Below are positions 9,625 to 21,349 of a DNA stretch of 64,000 bases, one piece after another (position 1 is the stretch's first letter; every line of letters begins with the position of its first letter). The stretch lies in NCBI GenBank assembly GCA_902615045.1, contig CACMNP010000001.1, positions 117,705 through 181,704 of the forward strand. Reading direction: 5' to 3'. The DNA comes from an uncultured Pelagibacteraceae bacterium. GTDB lineage: Bacteria; Pseudomonadota; Alphaproteobacteria; Pelagibacterales; Pelagibacteraceae. The notes under the pieces are model-generated. The model was not told the origin of the DNA. It was given only the letters and a program-made list of their open reading frames with translations, and searched no databases. Made by a program: the position numbers and the translations under genes.

Positions 9625-10069
9625 ATATTTAAATTATTTTTTTATAATGTTTTTAATACAAGCATGCTCATATGAGCCAATTTTTTCAAGTAAAAAGTAT
9701 GATTTCGAATTTGTTAGTATAAATTACGATGGAGATATCAAAATTAATCAAATAATAGAAGATAAATTAAAAAATAATATTAATGGGGACAAAAAATACG
9801 AATTATATTTTGAAACTGATCACGAGAGAGAAATAATATCATCAGATTCAAAAGGGGATCCAAAAATATATAAATTAGAACTTAATTTGAATTATGTAGT
9901 CTCAGAAAATGGCAAGAAAGTTTTAGAAGATAGAATTTTAAAAGAGTCTACTTATAATAATATCAATGATAAATATGAACTATCTAAATATGAACAAAAT
10001 GTTCTAAACAACTTATCTCTTATGATGTCAAATGAAATACTTTTCTCTATAAAATTACTAAATAAATGA
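9617..10069 (+). CDS. lptE: LPS assembly lipoprotein LptE-like
   Basis: Lipobox QAC-SYEPIF; canonical leuS-lptE-holA order. Confidence 0.7.
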   Translation: MTKYLNYFFIMFLIQACSYEPIFSSKKYDFEFVSINYDGDIKINQIIEDKLKNNINGDKKYELYFETDHEREIISSDSKGDPKIYKLELNLNYVVSENGKKVLEDRILKESTYNNINDKYELSKYEQNVLNNLSLMMSNEILFSIKLLNK

Positions 10070-11043
10070 TAATAAGGCATTTTGAACTAAAAAAATTCAA
10101 CAAAAAATCTTACAATTTAATTTTACTTCATGGAAAAAATGAAGGACTTCAAAAAGAAGTTTTGAGCGAAAACTTTATAAATAATTTCGATGGTATTGTT
10201 AATAAATATGATGAGAGTGATTTTATATATAATTTTGAGACTATTTTGAGTGAAATTTTAAACAAATCGCTTTTTGATGACAGCAAAATTATAATAGTGT
10301 CTAGGGTGTCAGATAAAATTTTAAAAAATATTGAAAAAATAATAGAAAAGAATTTAGTAGATGTAAAAATAATTCTAAAAAGTGGTGTACTAGAAAAAAA
10401 ATCAAAACTGAGAAATTTTTTTGAAAAAAGTAAAATATTAATATCTGTTCCTTTTTATGATGATAACTTGCAAACTCTAGCAAATTTAGCAAATGAATTT
10501 TTAAGGAAACATAAAATTAAAATTTCAAGAGAATCATTAAACTTATTAGTTAATAGATCAAGTGGTAGCAGAGATCATTTAAAATTAGAACTTGAAAAGA
10601 TTTTATATTACTCATTATCAAAAAAAAATATTGATTTTGAAATCATACAAAAATTAAGTAACCTAGCTGAAAGTCATAATGTTAGTGAGTTGGCTGATAA
10701 TTATTTAGCAAAAAATCAAAAAAATGTTGCAAGGATATTAAATGAAAATAATTATTCAAATGAAGATTGTATTTTAATAATTAGGACAATATTAAACAAA
10801 TCCAAAAGACTATTAAACATCGTAGATAGTTATGAAAATAACAAAAATTTAGATGAGGTTATATCAAGTGTAAGGCCACCAATTTTTTGGAAAGATAAAG
10901 ATATAGTAAAAAAACAAGCAACCAGCTGGAAATTAGATGACTTAAAAAAAAATATTTATAAAATAAATGAGATTGAAGCTATTTTAAAAACTAATTCTCA
11001 GAACTCTCTCAATTTGATTTCAGATTTTATTGTGAATTACTAA
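10066..11043 (+). CDS. holA: DNA polymerase III delta subunit
   Basis: LLHG.NEGL, SLFDD.KII, KSKLRNFFE, ELEKI, RPPIFWK; synteny. Confidence 0.9.
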   Translation: MIIRHFELKKFNKKSYNLILLHGKNEGLQKEVLSENFINNFDGIVNKYDESDFIYNFETILSEILNKSLFDDSKIIIVSRVSDKILKNIEKIIEKNLVDVKIILKSGVLEKKSKLRNFFEKSKILISVPFYDDNLQTLANLANEFLRKHKIKISRESLNLLVNRSSGSRDHLKLELEKILYYSLSKKNIDFEIIQKLSNLAESHNVSELADNYLAKNQKNVARILNENNYSNEDCILIIRTILNKSKRLLNIVDSYENNKNLDEVISSVRPPIFWKDKDIVKKQATSWKLDDLKKNIYKINEIEAILKTNSQNSLNLISDFIVNY

Positions 11044-11891
11044 TAGTTATCCTTAACAACGTTAATTAATCTATCTAATTGATCAATTCCCTTATACTCG
11101 AAAGATAAAATTCCTGAATTATCTTTTTTGTTGTTTAAAATAACGCGCATACCTATTTTGTTGGTCAACTCATTTTCTGTAGCAATTATATTAGAATCTT
11201 TAACTTTATACACTTTCTTTGAACCATTTTTTATAAGTCTTACTAAACTTTCAGCTTGTCTTACAGACAGTCTTTTTTTAATAATTTTTTCTGCAAGTAG
11301 TAAGGAGTTTTCTAAACCAATTAAAATTTTTGCGTGGCCTTGTGATATTTTTCCTAGTCTTATCATTTCAATTAATTTCTCGGGTAAAGTGAGCAATCGA
11401 ATTGAGTTTGATATATGTGATCTACTTTTCCCAATAAACTGGGAAACCTTCTCATGATCATAACCAAAATTATCAATTAGATTTTTATAACTCTCAGCTT
11501 CTTCTATTGGATTTAAATCCGATCTTTGAACATTTTCTATTATTGCTAACTCTAAAGATTTTAAATTGTCGGCCTCTAGGATAACCACTGGAACCTCATG
11601 AAGTCCTGCAATTTGAGCGGCTTGCCAACGTCTCTCTCCAGCAATTAACTCAAATTTATCTTTTTGGTCCTCAGATTTCCTGACTATTAGTGGTTGAATT
11701 ATTCCTCTCTCATTAATCGAGCTTGCTAATTCAGCTAAAGCGTTTTTATCAAAAAATTTTCTTGGTTGATTTTTATTTGGAACAATTGACCCTATTAAAA
11801 TTTTTTCATTTGAATTTTTAAGACCACTATCTCCTATTAATGATGACAGCCCTCTTCCAAGACCTTTCTTATTTTTAAATGGGTTAATCAC
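11040..11891 (-). CDS. parB: Chromosome partitioning protein ParB
   Basis: GLGRGLSSL, QPRK.F, IAGERRWQAA, ENVQRSDLNPIEEA. Confidence 0.97.
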   Translation of the reverse strand: MINPFKNKKGLGRGLSSLIGDSGLKNSNEKILIGSIVPNKNQPRKFFDKNALAELASSINERGIIQPLIVRKSEDQKDKFELIAGERRWQAAQIAGLHEVPVVILEADNLKSLELAIIENVQRSDLNPIEEAESYKNLIDNFGYDHEKVSQFIGKSRSHISNSIRLLTLPEKLIEMIRLGKISQGHAKILIGLENSLLLAEKIIKKRLSVRQAESLVRLIKNGSKKVYKVKDSNIIATENELTNKIGMRVILNNKKDNSGILSFEYKGIDQLDRLINVVKDNY

Positions 11892-12688
11892 GCTGCACTT
11901 TCCACCTTTTTATCTTGATTTAAAAATTCTTCTGTAAATTTAAAATATGCCTTGCTTCCAGGGCAAATCCTGTCGTATAGAAGAACCGGAATACCATGAG
12001 AAGGAGCTTCGGATAATCTAACATTCCTTGGCACTACAGTGGTGTAGACTTTTTCCTTAAAGTAATTACGTGCCTCGATTTCAACTTGACCTGATAATTT
12101 ATTTCTTTTGTCAAACATAGTAAGAAGAATCCCTCTTATTTCTAATATTGGATTTAGATTAGATTTTATTCTTTCAATGGTTTTCATCAATTGTGTTAAC
12201 CCCTCTAGAGCAAAAAATTCTGTTTGGAGGGGAACTACTAGTGCGTGAGATGCCACTAAAGCCATTATCGTCAATAGGCTTAGTGATGGGGGACAGTCAA
12301 TAAGTATATAATCATATGATGCTCTAGAATCATTTAAAATAGAGGTTAATTCGTCTTTCAATTTAAAAGCTCTACGATTATCTCCAGCTGTTTCTACCTC
12401 TAGTCCTGATAAATCTACATTGGATGTAATTAAACTGAGATTTGCAAAGGCTGTTGGTTGTATAACTTCTGTAATTTTCTTATTCCCATTCAAAACATTA
12501 TAAATTGTTGAGTCTGAATTTACTGTATTTGACAAACCAAGGCCTGTGGTGGCATTTCCTTGTGGATCCAAGTCTACCACTAGAACTTTTTTTTCTTTCA
12601 TAGATAATCCTGCGGCTAAATTAATAATCGTAGTCGTTTTTCCTACACCCCCTTTTTGATTTATGACTGAAATAATTTTTTTTTCCAT
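11888..12688 (-). CDS. parA: Chromosome partitioning ATPase ParA/Soj
   Basis: NQKGGVGKTTT, DLDPQGNAT, IDCPPSL, PRNVRLSEAPSHG. Confidence 0.97.
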   Translation of the reverse strand: MEKKIISVINQKGGVGKTTTIINLAAGLSMKEKKVLVVDLDPQGNATTGLGLSNTVNSDSTIYNVLNGNKKITEVIQPTAFANLSLITSNVDLSGLEVETAGDNRRAFKLKDELTSILNDSRASYDYILIDCPPSLSLLTIMALVASHALVVPLQTEFFALEGLTQLMKTIERIKSNLNPILEIRGILLTMFDKRNKLSGQVEIEARNYFKEKVYTTVVPRNVRLSEAPSHGIPVLLYDRICPGSKAYFKFTEEFLNQDKKVESAA

Positions 12689-12778
12689 TCTTTTTATAAT
12701 TTTTTTTTTGTAGATTTAAAATTTTTACTTACTAAAATTTTTATTTGATTAATTTTTAAATTTATTAGCTTAATGTTT

Positions 12779-13426
12779 TTAATATCCATGTTTTTTTTTT
12801 AGATTTGAAATTTTTACAATTATAGAATCATTATTTGTTAAACTTTTTTTTTCTTCATAGTCGAATTTCCAAATCTTGAGAGCATCTTCTAAAATTTTTT
12901 TTCCACTTTTACCGAGAAATAAAACAATGTACTTAAAATTTTTAAAATTTGTTTGTGCAATTTGAAAAATTACGGGTAAGGGTTTAAAAGCACGTGAAAT
13001 TATTACATCTGTACTCAAATTTTTTTCATCAAAAATATTTTTTCTGTTTACCTCGGAAGTTATTTTGAATTTTTTTGTCATTTCTTTTATGAAAATGCTT
13101 TTATGATAACTCTTTTCATAAAAAATCACTTTAAATAGTGGTTTTTTTGGTTTCATTAAAATACCTAAAACTATACCAGGTAAGCCTGCACCTGATCCGA
13201 GGTCAGTACATATTTTAACATCATTTTTATCAATAAAATCAATAGTTTGTGCACTATCTTCTATATGTCTTTGTTTTATTGAATTTTCTGTGCTTTTACT
13301 AATCAAGTTTATACTCTGGTTTCTTAAAAATATATCTTTTGAATAGTCTTCTAGCTCTCTTAATGTTTCACGTGAAACACTTAGATCTAGAATTTTATCA
13401 ATTTTTAAATTATTCGAATCAATCAA
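12779..13426 (-). CDS. rsmG: 16S rRNA m7G527 methyltransferase
   Basis: [21 protein letters not shown]; mnmG-rsmG-parA order. Confidence 0.92.
   Translation of the reverse strand: MIDSNNLKIDKILDLSVSRETLRELEDYSKDIFLRNQSINLISKSTENSIKQRHIEDSAQTIDFIDKNDVKICTDLGSGAGLPGIVLGILMKPKKPLFKVIFYEKSYHKSIFIKEMTKKFKITSEVNRKNIFDEKNLSTDVIISRAFKPLPVIFQIAQTNFKNFKYIVLFLGKSGKKILEDALKIWKFDYEEKKSLTNNDSIIVKISNLKKKHGY
13364..13379. promoter_or_regulatory. parS centromere site (perfect consensus)
   Basis: TGTTTCACGTGAAACA, inside rsmG (encodes VSRET). Confidence 0.95.
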
Positions 13427-15294
13427 GCTATATGCTTAATAGACTTTCTTTTGAGATGAGACAACAAAATATAGACAGCAGCTGGGGTTATTCCATCTAT
13501 TCTTAATGCTTGACCCATTGTTTTTGGTTTAATTTTCTTGAATTTTGACTTAACTTCGTTGGATAATCCTGAAAAATTATCATAATTTAAATTTTCTGGT
13601 ATTATTAAATTTTCATCCCTTTTAAATGCTAATATATCTGCTTTTTGCTTCTTTAAATAACCTTTATAATGTGAATTAATTTCCAATTGCTCATCAATTT
13701 CACGTGAAAAATATTTAATCTCTGGCCATATTTCCCTGATTTTGCTCATATTTACTGATTTTTGACCTAAAATCTGATTAGCAGATCTGCTAATACCATC
13801 TTTAGCCACTTTTACTCCAAATTTTTCAATTTTTGAAGGTGTAATTATCAATTTATCCATTTTTGACTGAATAATTTCTAATTTCCTCTTTTTTTCTCTA
13901 TAAATTTTTTCTCTTTCTTTTAAAACAAGTCCTATATCTATACCTTTTTGGGTTAATCTTATATCGGCATTGTCAGATCTCAAGGAAAGTCTATATTCAG
14001 CTCTTGAGGTAAACATTCTATAAGGCTCGGCCACACCTTTAGTCACAAGATCGTCAATCATAACTCCTATATATGCTTCAGACCTGTCCAGTATAAATGG
14101 TTCTTTTCGTTTGATAGCTAAAGCTGCATTAGCACCTGCTATCAATCCTTGAGCTGCTGCTTCTTCATAACCTGTGGTTCCATTGATTTGACCTGCAAGA
14201 AAAAGATTTTTAATTTTTTTGGTTTCTAGTGTTAAAAAAAGTTCTCTAGGATCTACAAAATCATACTCTATAGCATATCCTGGTCTTAAAATATTAACAT
14301 TCTCTAAACCATTGATTTTACTACATATTTCTTGCTGTACATCGGCTGGCAAAGATGTCGAAATTCCATTTGGATAAATTGTATTATCATTTAGACCTTC
14401 AGGTTCTAGGAAAATTTGATGTCTCTGCTTGTCTGCAAATTTTTTGATTTTATCCTCAATGGATGGACAATATCTTGGGCCGACGCCTTTTATACTTCCA
14501 GAGTACATAGCACTTCGTTTTATGTTCTTAGAAATAATTTTATGAACAGCTTCATTTGTATAAGTCATTCGACATGATATTTGTCTGTTAATATTTTTTT
14601 TTGTTAAAAAAGAGAAGAAGTATGGATCATTATCAGCGTATTGCTCTTCCAAGTTTTCAAAGTTTATCGTGCGAGCATCTAGTCTTGGAGGAGTACCAGT
14701 TTTTAATCTTCCAATTTTAAAATTATATTTTTCTAATTGTTCACTTAAACCTGTTGATGGCTTCTCGTTAAATCTTCCAGCAGGTGTTTTATTTTCACCA
14801 ATATGTATCAAACCATTTAAAAAGGTGCCTGTTGTTAAAATTATTTTTGAAGATCTAATTACCTTTCCTGATTGTGTTATAAAGCCAATTATATCATTAT
14901 TATTAAAATTAAAACTTATTACAGGATCAGAAAAAATGCTTAAATTACAATAGTTTACAAGTTTTTCTTGCATAAATTTTTTATAAAGTGATCTATCACT
15001 TTGCGTTCTTGGACCACGAACAGCTGGGCCTCGACTTCTGTTTAAAAGTCTAAATTGAATGCCTGATTTATCTGCAACTTCGCCCATAACGCCGTCCAAT
15101 GCATCAATTTCTCTTACTAAATGTCCTTTACCCAAACCTCCTATTGCTGGATTACATGACATCTCCCCAATGGTTTCAAATTTGTGAGTAAAAAGTGCCG
15201 TGTTAACACTCAATCTAGCAGATGCAGCAGCTGCCTCACAGCCAGCATGGCCTCCCCCTATTACTACGACATCAAATGACAATTCATTTTCCAT
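13423..15294 (-). CDS. mnmG: tRNA uridine 5-carboxymethylaminomethyl modification enzyme
   Basis: [56 protein letters not shown]. Confidence 0.98.
   Translation of the reverse strand: MENELSFDVVVIGGGHAGCEAAAASARLSVNTALFTHKFETIGEMSCNPAIGGLGKGHLVREIDALDGVMGEVADKSGIQFRLLNRSRGPAVRGPRTQSDRSLYKKFMQEKLVNYCNLSIFSDPVISFNFNNNDIIGFITQSGKVIRSSKIILTTGTFLNGLIHIGENKTPAGRFNEKPSTGLSEQLEKYNFKIGRLKTGTPPRLDARTINFENLEEQYADNDPYFFSFLTKKNINRQISCRMTYTNEAVHKIISKNIKRSAMYSGSIKGVGPRYCPSIEDKIKKFADKQRHQIFLEPEGLNDNTIYPNGISTSLPADVQQEICSKINGLENVNILRPGYAIEYDFVDPRELFLTLETKKIKNLFLAGQINGTTGYEEAAAQGLIAGANAALAIKRKEPFILDRSEAYIGVMIDDLVTKGVAEPYRMFTSRAEYRLSLRSDNADIRLTQKGIDIGLVLKEREKIYREKKRKLEIIQSKMDKLIITPSKIEKFGVKVAKDGISRSANQILGQKSVNMSKIREIWPEIKYFSREIDEQLEINSHYKGYLKKQKADILAFKRDENLIIPENLNYDNFSGLSNEVKSKFKKIKPKTMGQALRIDGITPAAVYILLSHLKRKSIKHIA
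13696..13711. promoter_or_regulatory. parS-like site (13/16 match)
   Basis: aaTTTCACGTGAAAaA inside the mnmG 3' region; 12-bp core palindrome intact. Confidence 0.65.
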
Positions 15295-15370
15295 AGATGT
15301 AATTTATAATTGATCTTAAAATTTACAAGAAAACACTTAAAAATGTCTAAAAAGTAAATATTTCCAACGT

Positions 15371-16702
15371 TTATTTACCTATACAAAAATCGTTGAAAAT
15401 TGATCCTAGAATCTCCTCAACATCTACTTTACCTACAATCATTCCTAGATATCTTGTTGCTAATCTTAGATCTTCTGCAGCTTTGTCGAAGTCTTCTTTG
15501 GTATTTTTTTCCTCAAAATTTTTCAAACTCGTGACACATTCTTCAAGATTCATTCTGTGTCTTTGTCTAGTTATAAAAATTTCCTCTGATGAAATAAATT
15601 TATTTTTTAAATTTTCTTTAATTAAGTTTATTAGTTCATCTAAATTTTTTTCTTCTTTGATTGAAATTTGAATCGGATTATACTTTTTAAATTCATTGTT
15701 CAATTTATCAATTCCAAGATCTGTCTTATTAATCACAATTATAGCATTCTTAGAAATTATACCATTTAAAAAATGGCTTAAATTAACACTTTTTGGCTCT
15801 AAAACTATTATGTTTAGGTCGGCATTTTCTGCTTTCTCCAAAGCCAATTTAATTCCTTTTTTTTCAATTTCATCTATTGAGTCTCTGATTCCAGCTGTAT
15901 CAGATATTATAACTGGGTAGCCATCTAAGTTTAAGTAAGTTTCTATAACGTCTCTTGTAGTTCCTGCTACTTCTGAGACAATTGCTACATCTCTTTTAGA
16001 TAAATAGTTTAATAAAGATGATTTACCGACATTTGTAGGACCTACAATTGCAATTTTAAAACCTTCTCTTATTTTCTCTCCTACTTTATGATCATTTAAT
16101 ATTTTCTCAATTTCTTGCCTTACATTTTTTGCCTCCAAAAGAATGTTATTCAAAATATCATTTGGCAAATCGTCTTCTGGGAAGTCAATTTTTGCCTCAA
16201 CGTTAGATAAAATTTTTAACAATTTCTGTCTCAAAGAATTAAATTTGTCTGAACTTTTACCTGTCATAATTTTAATAGCTTGCCGTCTTTGAATTTCAGT
16301 CTCTGATGAAATTAAATCTGATATACTCTCGGCTTTAAGTAAATTTATTTTTCCATTTTGAAAGGCAATTTTAGTAAACTCACCTGGTTCAGCCAATCTG
16401 CATCCGTTAATTTTGGATAATGATGAATGCATAGCCTCAACAACCGCTTTGCTACCATGTACATGGAATTCTGCCATATCTTCACCTGTGTAGCTTTCTG
16501 GGCTAGGAAACCACAATAGAATACCCTCATCTATTAAATCATTAGTCTCCGGGTTTTTAAATTTTCTCAAAGTAGCTACTTTAGCCTCGGGAAGCTTTAA
16601 ATAGGTCATGTTTTGCAATACTTTTTTTGTATCCGGTCCTGAGATTCTTATTACAGCTATCCCTGATAATCCTGGTCCAGAAGATAAAGCGTAGATAGTC
16701 AT
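15371..16702 (-). CDS. mnmE: tRNA modification GTPase
   Basis: SYTGED, GPTNVGKSSL, AGTTRD, DTAGIR, NKTD, FCIGK terminus. Confidence 0.98.
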   Translation of the reverse strand: MTIYALSSGPGLSGIAVIRISGPDTKKVLQNMTYLKLPEAKVATLRKFKNPETNDLIDEGILLWFPSPESYTGEDMAEFHVHGSKAVVEAMHSSLSKINGCRLAEPGEFTKIAFQNGKINLLKAESISDLISSETEIQRRQAIKIMTGKSSDKFNSLRQKLLKILSNVEAKIDFPEDDLPNDILNNILLEAKNVRQEIEKILNDHKVGEKIREGFKIAIVGPTNVGKSSLLNYLSKRDVAIVSEVAGTTRDVIETYLNLDGYPVIISDTAGIRDSIDEIEKKGIKLALEKAENADLNIIVLEPKSVNLSHFLNGIISKNAIIVINKTDLGIDKLNNEFKKYNPIQISIKEEKNLDELINLIKENLKNKFISSEEIFITRQRHRMNLEECVTSLKNFEEKNTKEDFDKAAEDLRLATRYLGMIVGKVDVEEILGSIFNDFCIGK

Positions 16703-16744
16703 TTTATTATAGCTACAATATGAATTTAATATAAAAATAATTCA

Positions 16745-17584
16745 ATGATTATTTGGTTGGCATCTTATCCAAAAAGTGGAAATACGTGGGTGAGATCTTT
16801 TTTATCTGCTTATTATTATTCTCATGATGGAAAATTTAACTTTGAGCTACTTGAAAATATAAAACAATTTCCTAGCAAAGATTTTTTAAGCCAAAGATTG
16901 AGAAGCATAGATGAGGCTGCAGAAAATTGGTTAATTGCGCAAAAAAAAATAAAAGATCAAAATGAATTTTGTTTTTTAAAAACCCATAATGTTTATGGGG
17001 CATATAAAGGTAAAAATTTTACCACACCAGATTTTACATTGGGCGCTATTTATATAGTTAGAGATCCTAGAAATGTTCTTACTTCATTAATGAATCATTA
17101 TTCATTAACTGAAGACGATGCTTTAAAAATGATAAATAGTATTTACAGAAATTTAAGGGATGAAAATAACAATGATGATTATTCAAGTTATTCATTTATT
17201 AGCTCATGGGCGAATAATTATAAATCTTGGAAAATGTCAAAGATTATTAATAAACTGATTGTAAAATACGAAGACCTGGAAAATCAAGAAGATGAAACAT
17301 TTTTAGAAATTTTGAATTTTACAGATAAAGTTTTAAAAAAAAATATTAAAGTTGATCAAAAAAAATTTCGTTTAGCTATTGAAACAACTAAATTTGATAT
17401 TTTAAAAAAAAAAGAAGAAGATGAAGGATTTGTTGAGGCAGTTTACTCAAAAAAAGATGGTAAGAATAAAAAGTTTTTTAATCTTGGAAAAAAGAATAAT
17501 TATAAAGAGCTGATTAAACCACAAACCACGAAAACTATCGAAAAATTATTTAGAAACGAAATGGAGGAGTTGGGTTATCTATAA
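16745..17584 (+). CDS. Sulfotransferase domain protein
   Basis: 5'-PSB motif ASYPKSGNTW, LKTH, 3'-PB motif RDPRNVLTS, KYEDL. Confidence 0.9.
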   Translation: MIIWLASYPKSGNTWVRSFLSAYYYSHDGKFNFELLENIKQFPSKDFLSQRLRSIDEAAENWLIAQKKIKDQNEFCFLKTHNVYGAYKGKNFTTPDFTLGAIYIVRDPRNVLTSLMNHYSLTEDDALKMINSIYRNLRDENNNDDYSSYSFISSWANNYKSWKMSKIINKLIVKYEDLENQEDETFLEILNFTDKVLKKNIKVDQKKFRLAIETTKFDILKKKEEDEGFVEAVYSKKDGKNKKFFNLGKKNNYKELIKPQTTKTIEKLFRNEMEELGYL

Positions 17585-17586
17585 AA

Positions 17587-18858
17587 TTATGCTGGTTTAT
17601 TCATTGAATTGAAAAATTCTGAATTATTTTTTGTATCTTTTAATTTAGAATTAATAAATTCAATTGCATCCATTGATCCCATGGGTGCAATAATTCTTCT
17701 TAAAACATTCATCTTTTGAAGATCATTTTTCTCGAATATAAGTTCTTCTCTTCTAGTACCAGATTTAGTTATATCTATAGCTGGGAATATTCTTTTCTCA
17801 GAAATCTTTCTATCTAAAATAGTTTCACTATTACCAGTCCCCTTAAATTCCTCAAATATTACTTCATCCATTCTGCTACCTGTATCAATTAAAGCTGTGG
17901 CTATGATAGTTAAAGATCCACCTTCCTCAATATTTCTTGCTGCACCGAAGAACCTTTTTGGTCTTTGTAATGCGTTCGCATCAACTCCGCCTGTTAATAC
18001 TTTTCCTGAACTTGGCACCACAGCGTTATAAGCTCTACCTAATCTAGTTATAGAGTCTAATAAAATTACTACATCCTTTTTGTGCTCAGTTAATCTTTTT
18101 GCTTTTTCTATAACCATCTCTGCTACAGCAACGTGTCTTTGAGCAGGCTCGTCAAAAGTTGAACTGATAACCTCACCTTTAACAGTTCTTTGCATATCTG
18201 TTACCTCTTCTGGTCTCTCATCAATTAGTAAAACCATCAAATAACATTCAGGATGATTTGCTGTTATTGAATTTGCTATACTTTGCAAAATCATTGTTTT
18301 ACCAGCTTTGGGGGGTGATATAATTAATGATCTTTGTCCTTTTCCTATTGGACTAACTAGGTCAATTAGTCTAGGAGTTAAATCCACTTTTTTCTCAACT
18401 TTATTGCTTTCCACTTCCATAACCAATTGCTTATTTGGATACAATGGGGTTAGGTTGTCAAAGGCAATCTTATGTTTAAATTTTTCAGTTTCTTCGAAAT
18501 TAATCTTACTTACTTGAAGCAAAGCAAAATATCTTTCACCCTCCTTTGGTGCCCTTATTGGCCCTTCCACGGTATCACCTGTTCTAAGTCCAAATCTTCT
18601 AATTTGATTCGGACTGACATAAATGTCATCTGCACCAGGTAGATAATTTGATTCTATTGCTCTAAGAAAGCCAAAACCATCTTGCAACAACTGAAGAACT
18701 CCACCACCAGTTATTTCTTCCCCTTTTTCCGCTAATTTTTTAAGTATAGCAAAATAAATTTCTTGCCTTCTTAATGTGCTGGCATTTTCAATGCCTAAGT
18801 TCTCAGCTTCGGCAATAAGTTTTTCTGAGCTTTTTTCTTTTAATTCTTGAATATTCAT
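17587..18858 (-). CDS. rho: Transcription termination factor Rho
   Basis: [41 protein letters not shown]. Confidence 0.98.
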   Translation of the reverse strand: MNIQELKEKSSEKLIAEAENLGIENASTLRRQEIYFAILKKLAEKGEEITGGGVLQLLQDGFGFLRAIESNYLPGADDIYVSPNQIRRFGLRTGDTVEGPIRAPKEGERYFALLQVSKINFEETEKFKHKIAFDNLTPLYPNKQLVMEVESNKVEKKVDLTPRLIDLVSPIGKGQRSLIISPPKAGKTMILQSIANSITANHPECYLMVLLIDERPEEVTDMQRTVKGEVISSTFDEPAQRHVAVAEMVIEKAKRLTEHKKDVVILLDSITRLGRAYNAVVPSSGKVLTGGVDANALQRPKRFFGAARNIEEGGSLTIIATALIDTGSRMDEVIFEEFKGTGNSETILDRKISEKRIFPAIDITKSGTRREELIFEKNDLQKMNVLRRIIAPMGSMDAIEFINSKLKDTKNNSEFFNSMNKPA

Positions 18859-18919
18859 ATTGTTGGGGGGTTATTGTTTAGATGATTACAATATAGTTAT
18901 GTGTTGAAATATTTCAAGC

Positions 18920-19354
18920 CTATAAAGGCTTAAATATCACAACAAAAACAATCAAAATAAGCAATATTGTTGGTATTTCGTTAATAAATCTATAAAATTT
19001 ATGAGAGTGACTGTTTTGATCTATTTTGAATTTGTTTAGAATTTTTCCTAAATAGAAATGATAAATAGTCAGAAATAAAACCAAACCTATTTTAATCAAC
19101 ATCCAAGTTTGAATTAATTGCTGAAATCCTATGCTATGAATTAATATTAATCCAAAAATCCATGAAAGTATCATGGCTGGTGTCATAATATAATAATATA
19201 ACTTTCTTTCCATTACCTTAAACACTTCGGAGGTTCTAAATTCATCTTTATTTTGCACGTGATAAACAAAAATTCTTGGAAGATATAAAAGACCAGCCAT
19301 CCAAGAAATAACAGAAATTAAATGCAACGATTTAAAGAGTAAATAATAATTCAT
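18920..19354 (-). CDS. hemJ: Protoporphyrinogen oxidase HemJ
   Basis: KSLHLISVISWMAGLLYLPRIFVYH, MERKL, NEIPT. Confidence 0.95.
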   Translation of the reverse strand: MNYYLLFKSLHLISVISWMAGLLYLPRIFVYHVQNKDEFRTSEVFKVMERKLYYYIMTPAMILSWIFGLILIHSIGFQQLIQTWMLIKIGLVLFLTIYHFYLGKILNKFKIDQNSHSHKFYRFINEIPTILLILIVFVVIFKPL

Positions 19355-19357
19355 CTT

Positions 19358-20347
19358 TCAAATATTTCGTTTGATTAAGTCGTTCAATAAATTTATATGA
19401 TCGTTGTTATCATTTAGGCATGGTATCATATCAAAATTTTCACCACCAGATTCCATAAAACTTTCTTTTCCTTGTATTAATATCTCTTCCAATGTTTCTA
19501 CACAATCTGATGAAAAGCCAGGACATATTGCAAGGACATTTTTTTTTCCTTCTTTAGGTAAATTTTCTAAAGTTTTATCTGTATAAGGTTGCAACCATTC
19601 CTGAGGTCCAAACCTTGACTGAAAGGTAGTTTTAATTTCAATTGATTGAAGCTTTTCTGAAATTAATCTTGTAGTTTTGTGACAATAACAGTGATATGGA
19701 TCGCCTTTATCAAAATACTTTTTTGGTATTCCATGATAAGAGGCCAAAATTAAATCTGGTTTCCAATTTATGCTTTCAAGTTTCTTATTAATAGAATTTA
19801 CTAAAGCTTCAATATACAAAGGTTCGGACTCATAATGAGGTATAATCTTTAGTGAGGGTTGCCACCTCATATTCATAAGCGTTCTGTAAACTTCGTCGCA
19901 AACTGTGGCCGTAGTTGCAGCAGCATATTGAGGATATAAAGGTAAAATGATAAGATTTTCACAACCTTTTTCATGCAACTTATTTATTTTGCTTTTTATG
20001 CTTGGATTGCCATACCTCATTGCGAAATCTACTATCAGGCTTTCATTTGAGATAGAGTTTGAAATTTTTTCTGCTTGTTTTTGAGTGTAATATAATAATG
20101 GAGACATATTTTGCTCCTTCATCCATATTTCTTTATAAGCTTTTGCAGTTTTGGAAGGTCTTAAATTTAGAATAAAAACATTTAAAATTATTTGCCACAA
20201 AATAGGGTTTACCTCAATAACTCTTTTATCAGATAGAAATTCTTTTAGATACTTTCTGATGTCAAACCAATTTGTCGAGTCTGGTGTTCCCAAATTTATT
20301 ATGAGTACTCCAGTTTTTCCAAATTTAACTTCAGGATGTTTTTCCAT
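19358..20347 (-). CDS. hemH: Ferrochelatase
   Basis: NLGTPD, AMRYGNP, PLYPQY, SYHGIP, FQSRFG, DCVETLEE. Confidence 0.97.
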   Translation of the reverse strand: MEKHPEVKFGKTGVLIINLGTPDSTNWFDIRKYLKEFLSDKRVIEVNPILWQIILNVFILNLRPSKTAKAYKEIWMKEQNMSPLLYYTQKQAEKISNSISNESLIVDFAMRYGNPSIKSKINKLHEKGCENLIILPLYPQYAAATTATVCDEVYRTLMNMRWQPSLKIIPHYESEPLYIEALVNSINKKLESINWKPDLILASYHGIPKKYFDKGDPYHCYCHKTTRLISEKLQSIEIKTTFQSRFGPQEWLQPYTDKTLENLPKEGKKNVLAICPGFSSDCVETLEEILIQGKESFMESGGENFDMIPCLNDNNDHINLLNDLIKRNI

Positions 20348-21349
20348 TATTTAAAACTCCTTACAATTTTTACTAACTCTTCTACCATTTCAATTTTTGT
20401 TTCTGGAAGAATACCATGACCTAAATTAAATACGTAAGGGTGGTCTCTAAATATTTCTAAGTATTTGTTTACTTCTACTTTAAGAATTTCCTTATTTTTT
20501 AGTAGAATTTGTGGGTCAAGTCCTCCTTGAATTGGTATATCCACACCACTAATAATATTTTTTGGGTTAACATTATAATCTATATTAACCATGCTTGGCT
20601 TTACAACTTTACAAAAAGTATTGTAATCAGTGATACCTCTTGGGAAACAAATAACAGGAACACCAAGTTCTTTGGTATAATTTACAAGAGAAATTGTTGG
20701 TTCATATAAATATTTATCAAAATTATTATTTATTAAACCAGACCAACTATCAAAGATTTGAATTATGCTAGCTCCTGCGTTAACTTGGTTTTTAATGTGT
20801 ATCTTAATAAACTTATCAAGAACTTTTAATAAATTATTAATTAATGCATTATTTTGATAAAAATTTTTTTGATAAACCATTTTTTGGTGAAATTTTATTG
20901 ATCATATAAACAAGTAAAGTCCATGGGGCCCCAACAAATCCTATTAAATCTTTATTTTTTAATTTATCATTTTTGTTAAGATTTTTTAGCAATTTATATA
21001 TTGGAGATAGAGTGTTTGTAAAATTTCCATAGTCTACATCCAGTAATTTATCTATGTCTATTTCACCAAGCGTAGGTCCAAAATTTTTTTTAAATTCTAC
21101 ATTTTGCCCAAGTCCATATGGAACCATTAAAATATCTGAAAATATGATTGCAGCATCAAAATTAAACCTATTGATTGGTTGAAGCGTTATTTCTTCTGAT
21201 AAACTAGGGTTTAGGCATAAATCAATAAAGTTTGTATTTTCTTTTCTAATTTCTCTAAATTCGGGAAGATATCTCCCAGCTTGTCTCATTAACCATATAG
21301 GATTGATATCTGTCTTTTTATTTATTAAGCATTCTTTTATCGGTGTCAT
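20347..21349 (-). CDS. hemE: Uroporphyrinogen decarboxylase, split by an apparent frameshift at the A7 run (plus-strand T 20864-20870)
   Basis: N part WLMRQAGRYLPE, IFSDIL, GFVGAPWTL; C part QIFDSW, IQGGLDP, FNLGHGI. Removing one A gives ...NGLSKNFYQNN... Confidence 0.9.

Noticed and set aside
12694-12789. 31-aa minus-strand [34 protein letters not shown] between rsmG and parA
   Set aside because: Low-complexity AT-rich sequence, no motif, not in frame with parA; likely chance or promoter region
12986-13001. Third parS-like match (CACGTGAAA) in rsmG
   Set aside because: Only a half site, explained by the conserved SRA protein motif
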